A stretch of 62,459 bases of DNA, filler included, from Hausera hauseri (lineage: Eukaryota): assembly GCA_046269625.1 (NCBI GenBank). It is 12 parts of 12 records of this genome, joined end to end, with 100 filler letters (N's around TTAATTAATTAA, not from the genome) between each part and the next. Parts side by side here need not be neighbours in the genome. Positions count along the whole stretch, not along the records: positions 44,578 to 49,073 come from JBJURY010553672.1; positions 49,174 to 53,836 come from JBJURY010484687.1; positions 53,937 to 58,028 come from JBJURY010767429.1; positions 58,129 to 62,459 come from JBJURY010632219.1; 8 more parts are not named here. One strand, given 5' to 3'. Positions 48,701 through 61,530 of this stretch are shown here, piece by piece. The translations under genes and the position numbers were made by a program. Each line of letters begins with the position of its first letter. The first letter of the stretch is position 1. The notes beneath the pieces are model-generated. The model made no database searches and was not told where the DNA came from. It saw nothing but the letters and a program-made list of their open reading frames with translations.

Positions 48701-49073
48701 ACGAATATTAAAATTACGATTAACACCTGGGCACCCAGAAAATAATGGAATGGTAGAATGATATATAGGTGATTTGAAAAGTAAATTACAAACAGTATCT
48801 AATACCAGGCAAGACGATTGGGACGAGTATATTAATGCTTGTGTATTTGTAAACCGAACATCAGTACATGAAGCTACAAAAGAAACTCCATTTTATTTAA
48901 TGTACCTGAGGGATGCCAGACTCCCAATCGATTTAGATTTTAACACAAAACCTACATCTCATTTAATGGAAGTAGAAGAGTATAAGCAATAAATGCGAGA
49001 ACGATTACAGCTAGCATATGAGCTAGTGAAGGAGAATCAGAGAGATTATAAGATATTCTATAAAAAATATTAT
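45736..49073 (+). mobile_element. pol: Ty3/gypsy pol (PR-spacer-RT-RH-IN), degenerate, no gag upstream
   Basis: LIDTGS..ILIGCD; RFCIDYRALN; YIEDV (mutated YxDD); TDASDYGVGAVL; TDHRPL; H..GGH..CKLC; MDITGP. The 3' end is cut by the spacer. Confidence 0.93.
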
Positions 49074-49271
49074 NNNNNNNNNNNNNNNNNNNNNNNNNNN
49101 NNNNNNNNNNNNNNNNNTTAATTAATTAANNNNNNNNNNNNNNNNNNNNNNNNNNNNNNNNNNNNNNNNNNNNTCTCATCTTTTTTTATAACCTTATAAT
49201 TTTAAAATTCAATCGATTTTCTTGATTTTAATTTGTATTTACTTTGTGCTAAAATTTTTATAAATTTTTTA

Positions 49272-51500
49272 ATGAAAGAAGACACAAAAAAACGCAAAAA
49301 AGACGATGATGGTTAGTGTATAACTAGATTTTTCGTAAATTACATATGACAGATTACTCAATACCGAAGTACAAGAAAAACGAATTCGGTCAGTTAATTA
49401 GCAGCCAAAAGGTGTTGAAATCACCAAATATTTCACACATACCCATGTCGGAACGACAACAATATGCTCTACTGAAGCAAATGGAAGATGATTCATTGAA
49501 TCAATCGCCTAAAGGTATTCTGTTTTGTTTACTGGTTGTTCCACGGAATTTGTGGAACATAAACATTATGTAGCGTTAACAAAGAGGATGGATGTTTCGT
49601 TGTATTATATTTCTAGTTCGCTACTTATTTAGAACAATGTGAAAGTGCTGCCGTGTCATTTTGTCACACAATTGAATCCGGTTCATCAAGTCTTATGAAC
49701 ATGATTTCTAATTCATCACCAGCAAGCAGTTCATCGACGGACAAGAAATATCACAAACGAAACGGGGCTGGCGAAACGCTGCTTATTCAAATGGCTAAAA
49801 AAGGCGATCTTAACGCAATTAAAGCCATTTTAGTCGATGGTGCTAACATCAACGAACAGGACTATGCCGGATGGACAGCACTCCACGAGTGTTCCATTCG
49901 AAACTATCCACAAATCACTAATTTTCTGTTACAGAACGGTGCTGATGTGAATCTGAGCGGATTGCAAGGTGACACGGCCCTTCACGATGCCGTGAAAAAT
50001 TCGTGTCCGGACGTCATTCGACTGTTGTTGAAATACGGTGCCGATCCGTTGAAACGTAACGATAAGGGAATTCGTCCGATTGATTTGGCACAGAGTGAGG
50101 AGATTACGAAAATGTTGTTTGAGGTAATTCGACCTTCGTTGTTTTTGTTGATGATGATGCGTAGGCCGTTAATAACATGCGAGACAAACGCCTGATGAAA
50201 CAATTTCGAGAGTCAGAAACACTGGTGAAAGTTGAACAGTGTACGAGTATTTTCGAGTCAATAAAGCAATCAAAGTCGCGTTCATTGTCGTCCAGTGAAT
50301 CGGACTCAGTCGACGAGAATTCCGGCACGACAGTTCCAGAGAAGTTAGATCTGACTGAAGGTGGATTTTCAAATGTTATTGGAATTCAATTACGTTGTAG
50401 CCAAAGACCCATACGCATTCGAGGACGAGGAAATTGTCGATAACGTCAGTCCAAACAAACCATGCAAATTGAAACTCCAATCCACTCACACATACCCACA
50501 GGATGACGGTCAGCGAGATTCTCGTTTTGCCCCATCTCCAAGTCAATCAGGATCCCATAGCAACAGTCCGAAAGTGCCGCCATTACGAATCAAAATCAAT
50601 AACCATATGGGCAGTGGTGAACGATCCAATTACGACGAATACCAGCCGCCAATTCTCGACGAAATGGATTCATCGAAATCGAAAATCTACGTGGAGAAAC
50701 CAAATTCATCCGATTCTGAATCGAGTTCGTTGAGTGTCGACATCGCCGTGAACCGAATTCAGTCGGAGTCTCAGAAAGTCAAATCATGTATCCAGGAATC
50801 GTTGGTGTTTGATCCGTTCGATAATTGCCAGAAAATCACCAAAGGGAAATTGAAATTTGAGCCGGTTGTCAAGGACGAGTCGGTCGTCATGGCGACAGAT
50901 GAGCCGTGCAATGAGGAGATTAGAGATGAGATGAAGATGAACAAGAGGAACATTGGCAGGACATTGAGATCGCACACGGTGGCCGCACAGAAGGAGAAAG
51001 AAGACAAACCGGAACGAAATGCGCCGATTAAGAAACGCAGTTTCAAACCCCGTAACGATTGTCAGACAGCTGATAAGAATAGCTCGTCGAGCACGAGTTC
51101 TCACACATCAGAAGGTGTCTCCACAGGAAAAATTCTACTGACTGTCGACATCGGTCTCGACACTCAAACTGCTGCCGGTGCTCTGCTGTTTCCTCAAGAG
51201 AAAATTCTCATGTCGCCGACAAAAAACGAATCCTGGGACAACCCATTCCGGAAAGCCATGTTACTCAATCAGAAATTGAGTTCACTCTGTCAAAATTTAG
51301 AAGCCGTACATCCGAAACCGCCTGTAGGATTTCCTGATTATTTGTTGACGACAAAACAGTATTTGTTGGCCAAATCTCATGTGAAGAGTATGAGAAAACG
51401 GCCGGTACCCGGTGATCTTAAACAATCGGAATTGATTGGGTTGTTTAGGGAACAAGAAGAACAGAGATATTGTCAGGCGTTGAAACATCAGGCTGAACGG
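49272..51500 (+). CDS. ANKRD11/ANKRD12-like ankyrin protein, multi-exon, 3' end not found
   Basis: PMSERQQYALL, KRNGAGET, QDYAGWTALHE, VPPLRI, VHPKPPVGFPDYLL, LFREQEEQR. Short GT-AG introns near 49312-49352, 49515-49632, 50124-50164 and 50361-50400. Confidence 0.85.
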
Positions 51501-54476
51501 GTTGGTTTGTAATTGGCATTAATTTTGGAATAATTTCTATTTGGGAATTTCAGATTTTGTTGAATATTTTTGTTTAGTGTTTATTCGAAACTTCAGAATT
51601 ATGTTGCTCATTCGGCAATGAAACGAGATGCGTTGAAGGAATTTTCATGGGACATTAATGTGGCTCTTTGCTCAAAGTAATTAATTTCAACTTTTATTTT
51701 GTTTTGAGTTATGTCTCAGGCTGGTATCTTTACAATTGATTTGGTGACTCTCGGATGAACTACAATTGACATATAGCTTTATGGATTCCTGTTTTCATAA
51801 GTGGCATTCCTTTTATGTCTACTTAGTTGAAGGGTTTGCACCGATTTAACAATTTTTGGATATATTGTACACAGTTTCTTTTTTTAAAAAAAAACTTACC
51901 ATAAGACTGCATCCATGTTATGCTCAAATGTTTTTAATTTAATAAACAAAAATTATGGTTTAAAAAATTCAATAACGACATCGACGCTTAAGAATTTGAA
52001 ATTCTTTCCCTTAAAGTTATTTTCCAAATTACTTCAATATTAACGGATTCGGTATTTGTTCAATAATTTTACGATACGACAAAAGTCATACAATTTTAAA
52101 ATTGTTTAAAATTATAATTTTTGGGCAGAAATTTATTTTATAAAATTTTTGATTGGTATGAACTTTTGCATAGCTTTATGTCTGTGGAAACCAATAATTT
52201 ACTGTCCGCTGAGTTAGCAGAAACACAAAACAGCTGCTAATGATTATTTCAAAAGTTAGATATTATACAACAAATTTGTAATTTTAAAATATAAAATCTT
52301 GATTAACAATTCTATTTTTGCATACATATATAATTTTTAGGCTGCTGGATTTTGTGATATTCACAACTCAGATTCCGAAGAATCGCTGTTCGAATTGTCG
52401 TTAAAGTTAATTGATGACGATTTAAAATGTTGCCGAACATCGGAAATGAGGCTGAGAAGAGACAGAACGATTTATTTGAGTCATTGGAAAATAACAAAGT
52501 GCCATTTTCTTCACATACAAAATGTTAAGTAAACATAACTTGTTATTTATTTATTGAGTTTATTCATCAGGTATTACAAACAAACGTGAAAAATATTTTG
52601 TTCAGCGAAGATTGCGACCATGTCTCGTTGGCTGCGTACGAAAAAAAATTTTTGTGCAGTTACAAATGTTTTTCTGCTTGACTTCTGGACAAAATTAATT
52701 TCAGTATTTTATTGTGTTGTGTCAATTATGGACGCAAAAATTCATTTGTATTTTTTCGATTATGTTAGAAACACTTCTTTTGTTTGGAGATATGAATAAC
52801 ATTATTTAATTGTTGTTGGCTTTTTATATTGAGAATCGTGATGGCACAGAAATTTATTCATCATTACTCATTCTATACGCTATTTCATTGGGGTTGATCG
52901 GTAAACAAACATTCTCCATTCACAAAATATTAGTAATTGACCAGATTTGACGTACACTGGAATAATGGTACTTAAATGTTATTCACAGAAGAAAAACTAG
53001 AAATTAAATTTCGTCATTGTAAAATACTTCTATCTACAAAAATGAATTTGATGCAGTAGAAACGAACGGTTTAACAAGGTGGTATTTGTGGATGAAATTT
53101 ATCACTATCGATTTAGGTTCTGAATTTCTAATTTGAATTTACATCAAATTTCATGTGGAAATGACTTAAAATACATTACCAAGACAAGAAGAATGTAAAA
53201 TATTTCAAATCAATAACATAGTTATTGTTATTTTAAAACCACATGAATTTTAAACATTACGTTTATCATTATCAGTGGTTTTTGAATTTACGTTAACGCT
53301 CAATTTATTTTATGGTTCTTCAAATACCACGTTAAAATAACTAAATATAAAATTTGGTTATAAAGGATACAACAATATGCGCTGTTTTCTTCTGGTATGA
53401 GCTGAAATGCCTCTGGATAATACATTAATTTTAATCGATAGGCGAGAATTTATCCATGAAAGTAAAAGAACAATATTTTCTTTTAATATTCAAAACCGTG
53501 ATTAAATTTAATAAATTTAAATGTGTAAAGAAATCAATATTTAACATTAATGGACTTTAAAAACAAGATTTTTGTTTCCTATTCTTAGTTTTTGAATATT
53601 TTTATTTTTTAGTCATTAAATACCGAATGAAGTAAATAATATTTCTCACTAAAGTTAGCGATATACCTCGTTGATAGCGGTTTCGAGACCGACGACTATC
53701 TGGCGTCTCTTTTTAGTCGTGCTGCGTGTGGCAAGTTTTATCGCGTTCACAACGTCGACACTGTGTACACTGCGAGGCTGCATGGGGCGCACTCGTCACC
53801 CATAAAAGATGGCATGGTGAGCGCCGGTTTCGGTCCNNNNNNNNNNNNNNNNNNNNNNNNNNNNNNNNNNNNNNNNNNNNTTAATTAATTAANNNNNNNN
53901 NNNNNNNNNNNNNNNNNNNNNNNNNNNNNNNNNNNNGGAATCATGCAAGCGTCCCACTGTCTTGCCAATAGCCACGAAAGACAGTGGGAGGAGTTTTGAA
54001 CAGGCGATAGTTTTGAACTTTGACAGTAGACCACAGTATTCAGTTTCTAAATTTCATATGCAGTAATGTCAATAAAGCGACAAAAACAAATATGAACAAA
54101 TGAACAACTGCTGTTTCTGACAAAGAACATGTGGTCAAAACATTTGTTTCTCCCATATTTCTGGAACTTAGCTCGTCATGTTTTTTTTCCAAACCTAGTA
54201 CTTCACATCATGCAGTTACTGCGCTCTCTTTTGTTACAGTGGCCATTTTTTTAAAAATATAAAATCTTGTCTGTTAAAAATAATCTTGCAGTATTTGCGA
54301 TTCTAGTTATATCAGTCAACAGAAATAATATCCAAGACCATCTTGCTTCTGTAATTTAACAACTATAAAACTATATTAACAACGTACCTACCTTTACTAA
54401 TGTACAACAATTAGTGTCTTTTTTAACATTATGTGTAAGTCAACTGAAATAATCACCACTTATGCTGTATTTCTTA

Positions 54477-54686
<210 letters not shown>

Positions 54687-54910
54687 TTAAATTGGTACAA
54701 TGTGTGTAGTGTTATCAATAAAATATTCATAAAATAAAACTATATTAATTCATATACTGAATCATAAATTTTTATCAGTTTCTTTGTATAATTTTTCAGC
54801 AATCATTCTTAGTTCTTTTGCAAAGTTACCATTTTGCAACAAATAGTTTTCTCCAACCAACATTTTAATGGAAATAAGATATTTACAAAAGAAACCACAT
54901 TTATTTTAGT

Positions 54911-55757
54911 TGTTACATCATACACGGCCATTGTTTTCGGGGTACCCTTCCCGGGGGTCACGCCCACAGTTCATCATTTGGCTTAATTTGCAAACAGAAT
55001 TTATCAAGCACACTAAAACAATCTCCATCGACGGACAAAAGAGTAACAAAATAATTGTAGGCCGCGGGCGCATCCACGCCGTCCACATCGTAGCCCAGCT
55101 TGGGTAGGGTTGGAAAATCCCCGCCCCTTGGCATGTCCGCTAAAGCAGAATTTGATCGTTTGTAATTACTCATTGCAAAGTAACACCAGTTGTTGAAAAT
55201 TTTATTATATTTCAAAATATTTATTTGGAAACAAATTTTCCGAAAATTCCAAAATTAAATTATAATTTTAATAAATTTAAAAATGTTTCGAATTTAAATT
55301 TAGAATTTCCGTTCTCGATTATATCCTCACAAAAGCTATTATAAATTGTTGAAATCGAAAGTTATTCGTAGTTAATTCAAGAAAATATTAATCGTTACAC
55401 ACGTGGTTACTCCACGAATATATATATAGATAGACTTATAGCCAGTCGAAAAAATAGTGTGTTAGTTAGCAAAGGGAGAAATCAATAATCAGATAAAATA
55501 AATTGCCCTCCAGGGTAATTCGACTACCCTAAGAATTTAAATTTTTGACTTAATCTATCGATAAAGGTTGGAAATTTCTAAATTAATTGCACAGGATAGC
55601 AATAGGGTAACTGCATTACAGTTGATTAAATTCTTAAGTAAGGTACGTCCTGATCTACCGAGAACGGTAGACCTAACATGCTTTAACAGAAATTAAATCA
55701 GTTATAACTTACTGTTGTATAATGGGAGTTGATTAAGGACCACCCCAATATATAACA
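54911..55757 (+). repeat. 5' LTR (847 bp) of the Gag-X family, copy 2
   Basis: Begins TGTTA, ends TAACA (terminal inverted repeat), followed 2 nt later by a PBS. The second LTR is not in the contig, so the 5' edge is inferred. Confidence 0.7.
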
Positions 55758-55759
55758 TT

Positions 55760-55777
55760 TGGCGACCCTAGCAGAAC
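55760..55777 (+). promoter_or_regulatory. Primer-binding site, tRNA-Arg-like
   Basis: TGGCGACCCTAGCAGAAC is complementary to a tRNA 3' end ...GGUCGCCA. Confidence 0.75.
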
Positions 55778-55962
55778 AGTTTGTGCCTTGCTAGACTATT
55801 ACTTTATCTGAGAGCTAATTAAAACAGCATACCCGCGATCAGCGCATCGACACCAAATAATTGAATATAAGCATTGACGAGAGTAAAAAATTTGGGATAT
55901 AAGTTACCTGAATCTAATTAATTGGGTTTAAAAGCACAAATATTGGCAAGCAATACGAGTAT

Positions 55963-58028
55963 TTGAACCTAAACGGCAAAGACAATTTGAATACAAGACA
56001 AACCTGTAGTAAGACAAAAACAGACTTAAAAGAAAAACGTACATTATCTGAATCACGAGAAAATTTAACAAATATATTAGATGCAGAATCAGAAGTATTA
56101 TTTAAAATCCCACCTAAAGCTATTAATCGACGTAAAATAAACGATATAGCCAACGTAAGTACAAATAAAATGGCAGCTGATAATATTACAGCTAGACAGA
56201 AATCGGATATCTTCACATATAAATAGCTATATAAGCACATTAAGGATTACAAATATGGCCAAGGCAAAAGATGAAGCAGAACGCAAAGCCGCCGAGAAGA
56301 CAATTCGGTCAGATTTTGATGTCATGATGACAACCCAGTTAATGAACGGTATTTGGTCAAGAATCCTAATGAAACAAATAATACTGGCAAGATCAGAAAA
56401 TTATGAGAAAACGTTAAAACTGGTACAGGATTTGGAAATAACGTTAGATAGATACGTCAGACAAAATGAGCGCTATCACAGGAATAAAGAACGAAACGAA
56501 CATAGTGATAAATATAAAAATAGTGGACGATTCCACGATAACGGACGAAGTCGGAATTACGGCAATAGAAATAATAGGAGCACGCGTTACGAGAGCAAAA
56601 GCTTCAGTAATAATCGGAACCCAAATATCGCGAACATGAAGCCAAAATATAGTTCGAATTATAACCAAGATGGTTATAGAAACAATAATAACGAAATCAG
56701 ATACAAGAATGGAAATCGTTACAATGATCCTAGAAGTAATGAAAATAAATTTAATGGGAGTAATCAGCCAGAGTCGTCGAACCAAAATTATACTAGAAAC
56801 AGTAGTCGATCATAATCACCAGTTAATGAGGACGGTCGACAAAGGGTTGGTAAGAATGGAAACATAATATGCTATACGCGCGGTAAAGATGGCCATATAG
56901 CAAGGTCATGCCAGAATCCACGAATCGCCTCATTTACCTAACCGATTAAAGCAAGCATGATTAAAACGCAGGAAGATTTAAAGGCTAAATATGGTCCCCG
57001 AGGCGACATAGATGCGATTTTGGACATACAAGATTCACAAAGATATTTGAAAAGCCAAAAGGAAACTAACAACCCACACATATTAAAGACTCGAAAGGAA
57101 TATGAGTAACGTACAAATATTAGATATATACCATGGATTGGCAGAACCTCGTACGGAATACGAATATTCAAAAGCACTAGATTATAGTAACATGGTTTGC
57201 AAGAAGAAGATGCCAGTTAACCCTAAAAGGACAAAAGAAGTAAGTGAGGAAGAAGTACCGACAACATCAGCGGAAGTAGATCTGGACGCCGAGTCTGAAA
57301 ATCTAACTGAAAAAGAAACGGATGTTACCGAAGAAATTGAGAGTGAATATATAGCTCCGCTAGTGCTTAAAATAACAAAGAATAGAGGTCAAAGCCCATC
57401 AATCAAAAGGAAACAAGAAGGTCGATCAAGATCGCCTATGAAAAGAGAAAATCCGGGGAAGACGAATCCACGGAATATTGGCATGGAAAGCGATTCGAGC
57501 TTGAATATTCCAGATGTGGAACTTAAAAAGTATTGGATATTCCAGGCACAGCCACGGAACAGACGATCCGAACAGTGAAATAAACGAGATATGCCCACTA
57601 ACCGAAAATGAAAAAGAAAGCGACCGCGCGACACGAATCGAGGAATTCAATGGAAAATTTTGGAAGATCAGGAAATCCTGGAAAATGCAAACAAATTAAA
57701 GAGATTAGGGCACCATCAACAGACCCTGAGACACTACGTTATAACATAGAGAAACTAGAACGTATAAAAGCCCAAATAGATGTGTCCGGAAAGGAGCAAC
57801 AGTTCGCTGAGAAAATGTATAAAAAATTATAGAAGTACCTTGAGGAATGAGTTAAAAAAGAAAAGTAACTAAGAGAATTAGATGAAGCCATCGACGAATC
57901 AATTAAAGAATTGAGAACAAAACTGAACTCATGGATAAAAAGTGGAATCGACTTCACCGAAATATGCGAAAATCAAGAGATAAAAATCGAAAGTAAAGTG
58001 GCATCTGCTCAGGAACTACAAAAGACAC
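55963..58028 (+). mobile_element. Gag-X family copy 2: gag with capsid deletion, then the accessory region
   Basis: MAADN start, DVMMTTQLMNGIWSR, knuckle CYTRGKDGHIARSC, then YHGLAEP, VDLDA, LVLKITKNRGQSPS, RSRSP, INEICPL, KIRKSWK, all collinear with copy 1. Confidence 0.88.
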
Positions 58029-58139
58029 NNNNNNNNNNNNNNNNNNNNNNNNNNNNNNNNNNNNNNNNNNNNTTAATTAATTAANNNNNNNNNNNNNNNN
58101 NNNNNNNNNNNNNNNNNNNNNNNNNNNNAAATGTGTTAT

Positions 58140-61100
58140 GAAATTAATTAGTAGTTATTTAGTTCTACGTGGCCTTATCCTATATCCCACATTACTTGAT
58201 CAAGAAGACAACACGATATTTCTATACAACATATATTAAACAAAGAATAACAATATGTACATATTTACAATGCCGCATGTCCATGAGGTAATGTACTGAT
58301 TCTATCACCCAGAATTTGCCTTTTTCATCCATCCAATCTATGCTTTTCTTCTGTAATGTTACTGTCTCAATGTTATAAGCCCTAGACTGGATCCTTCGAA
58401 TCTCTGATATGATATGAGTCTGCTTATGCAGAACTCTCACATAATCCGCAAAAGTGATCTTCTTGGCTAAGCAGCCCTTTGAACACGCTTAGCTCTCTTT
58501 TTGATCTGACCACATATATTAGTTGCATACATTTTGGACCTAAGCGCTACAAATCTCGAGATGATTGCCCCATTCACCTCGCCTTTGAATTTCCAAAGGA
58601 CTTTCTTGTTGGTAACTGAATAGTTAGCATATTCTTTCGGAAAGTCAGACGTATCCATATGCTGTGCCAACTTAACAAAGTCCTCATAAATGTCCTCAGT
58701 ATGGATCTGATAGATAAAACCATCAGTAGCCATATACATCAGCTTTATTGATTTGAATGTGGGGATCATAATGTCATCGTGGAATTTGTACATCAAATCT
58801 TTGACAGGTCCAGTATTGCCATACCCACATATATGGGTCTGTTGAATTGCAAAGACGTTTTCAGCATATGGATGCTAACCAAGTTCTCTGCATATGGTGC
58901 TGCTGTGGAAGTTGGGCTTGGCAATGAGCTTCTTTGCCAACTTCCACTCAGAGACCCGTTCGATATTGATACTGTTGCGGATATTCTCCATGGCCTTGCC
59001 ACAAACGTTGTAGTTGTACAGCATAAATTGGTCCTTCGAAAAGTCGTTCTTGGAATTTGTCCGCAACTTCGTATTGAGATCTATGTAGGGCTGCAGCCAA
59101 TTGGACTGGCTGAACTGGAGGGTCCGATGGATCTAAGTATTGCGGAGTCCATTCTTGACCGCCTGCTGGAGATTTATGTAGTGGACTACATGCCACTCCC
59201 TATTATCCAGATGGCAGAGCAGCTTTCTATGCTTTCCATGGGCGGAGGCTTGCTCTCAGGGAGGAAAGGCANNNNNNNNNNTGTGTGGATAAAAGCAGGA
59301 TATTCCAGACCTAACTCCAGTATGTAGCCCGTATCTCCAGTGGGATCCAGGTAAATATAGAGATGTTTTCAAGATGCTCGACCCACTTGAAGTTATCATG
59401 TGGCAATGGGGCGCTCACTGCCCATCCATATAGATTGTTGGCATCCAGATATAATACATATGAAGATTCATTGGATGGATCATACTGGGTCATATATACT
59501 TGTTGTTGGTCTCGCTATACCGGTAAATGGCCTGGCATATTGCGCCTCTAATGCCTCTTTCAATCATGAGGATCATGTCGTAATCCTAATACCTATATAT
59601 CTCAGCATAGCTGCCAAACTCATCAATGGAGCTATAAAGAAATGAGCTGGATCCAATGCATGGCTTTTCATCGTAACATTCCTGAAACTCTCAAAGACAT
59701 CCATCAGCAGCAGTATGTCCGTCTTGATGTATATATAACTGTATTTCCCTAATGTTCGGCATTGGAATGCATTCCAGACGTTCGGAGTGTGCTGGTAGTC
59801 AGCAACACTGATATCGCAATCAGAGGGGATATTCTAAAATTTCTTTTTGACCGGCAAGGAGGTCTCATCCAGTGTTTTCCATGGAATTATATAGTCATGG
59901 GGAAACACGCCTTTTCTCTTAACGAAGTCAAATGCAGTGGAAAACAACCGATTCGTCTCCTTGAATTCTTCTGCATGGAGGTTCTTCACTAAAATATCAA
60001 GTGAAGACGACATGAAACGGAAACTGTCTATAAAGCTAAGCTTGATTTTCCTAACATGCTTGGTAAATATGATGTATTTTTCCTCATTATTAGGGATCAC
60101 ATCAATGTTTCCTTTATTGCTGCTTATTTCCCGATAAATTAAGTGCGAATCATAGCCACTGAGATTATGGAACACTATAGGCAAACTTGCACATGTTTCG
60201 CAACGCAGACTGAAGCTGTTGCATGCTGAGCCCCGATATTTGCCTGCAAAATGGCAATAATGCATAACTTCATGATTTTCCTTAGTGAATAATTTGGAAA
60301 ACAAGTAACTTGCTGTTGCCCTACGCCATTCTTCTTCTTGCTGCTTCGACATACAAATGTCGTCTTTATGCTGCTGCTGCATATCTCCAATTCTGAACCA
60401 TATATTCAAGTCGTTTCATGAAATGAGCTGCTGCGCCTGGACACTTGAATAAATATAGTTCACTGTATAGTCCTTTGGCATACATGCAATATGATGAGAG
60501 TTCTTGATATTGGTATGCCGTTGTGCCGCAGTGTTGGGGATTGGGTCTGCAAATCTGAACTGGACGCATGATAGCTTCAAAGTCTCAATAGATAACTATT
60601 GGGATCTTGATCTTCTTGAACTCCTTGAATTCAATGTAATCCTCCTTGAAAAATTCTGGCCTGATACAATAATTTTTGCCGCAATACATCTTGTGATCTT
60701 TCAGCTTCAATACAGATATATCGCCGCTGAAATAGAACAAGCATCATTTACATATTTCTATTTGTCCATAATGTTTCGTAATTTGTGATGTGACTAGCCG
60801 CCCAAAGTCTTTGATCCAAATATAATGTTTATTTTTTCCATCGTCTAGTAGTAGTAGATACCTATAATCTTCCAATTCAGCATCACATATCTGCAGCGGA
60901 CAGAATTTATCACCCTCGTCCAATCCCAAGATATTGATTGATATATTGTTGACTTCCCCAAATTTTTTAACTTCATCTGTGGATGGAGGGAACTTGATAC
61001 ATTGGAAGTCATAATTGTTCTACACATCATTATATAGCCAAACTCGTAAAGCATGATTTTTATCCGTTACGAGTTTTGATAGAATGGCATACATGAAACA

Positions 61101-61530
61101 CATGTTGTCGTTATTGTGGACATTGACATATGCTTTTTATTAGCGATCCAATCAGAGAGCTGAATATATGAACTACCCAGCATGGGGAGAATCTGTGCAC
61201 ATACAAGCAATCTCTTGGTGGTTGCCAGAGTCCATTCGCTCTTCTTACATTGGTTCTCATCGGCTTCACGGATCAGCTTTGCATGCTCTTCATGCAGCCA
61301 TTGTACTATATTGGTGGCTTCAAAAATAGGTCTATTTTGGTCTAGAAGGCCCTTTTGGACTCTTCGTCATCAACATTGACGTATATGGCCTCAAGTTTCA
61401 TATTAGCCTTAATGGCCTTGAGCTCAGCTATGTTGTCCTAAAGAATCCCCTCTGTTTCTTCCTTTGTGTACTCCAGAAACTTTTTGACGGTTGTTTGACC
61501 GGCTGCATAAATGACATATTTGAAGCATTT
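58140..61530 (-). mobile_element. Polinton/Maverick-type protein-primed DNA polymerase B, degenerate
   Basis: HNLSGYDSHLI, FIDSFRFMSSSL, RKGVFP, YLDANNLYGWA, YMATDG (mutated YxDTDS), and EndoVII-like HCHFAGKYRGSAC. Confidence 0.9.

Noticed and set aside
58779-59327. 182-aa plus-strand ORF or foreign insert inside pPolB
   Set aside because: The minus strand here translates as ordinary pPolB (VVHYINLQQA...QSNWLQPYIDLNT).
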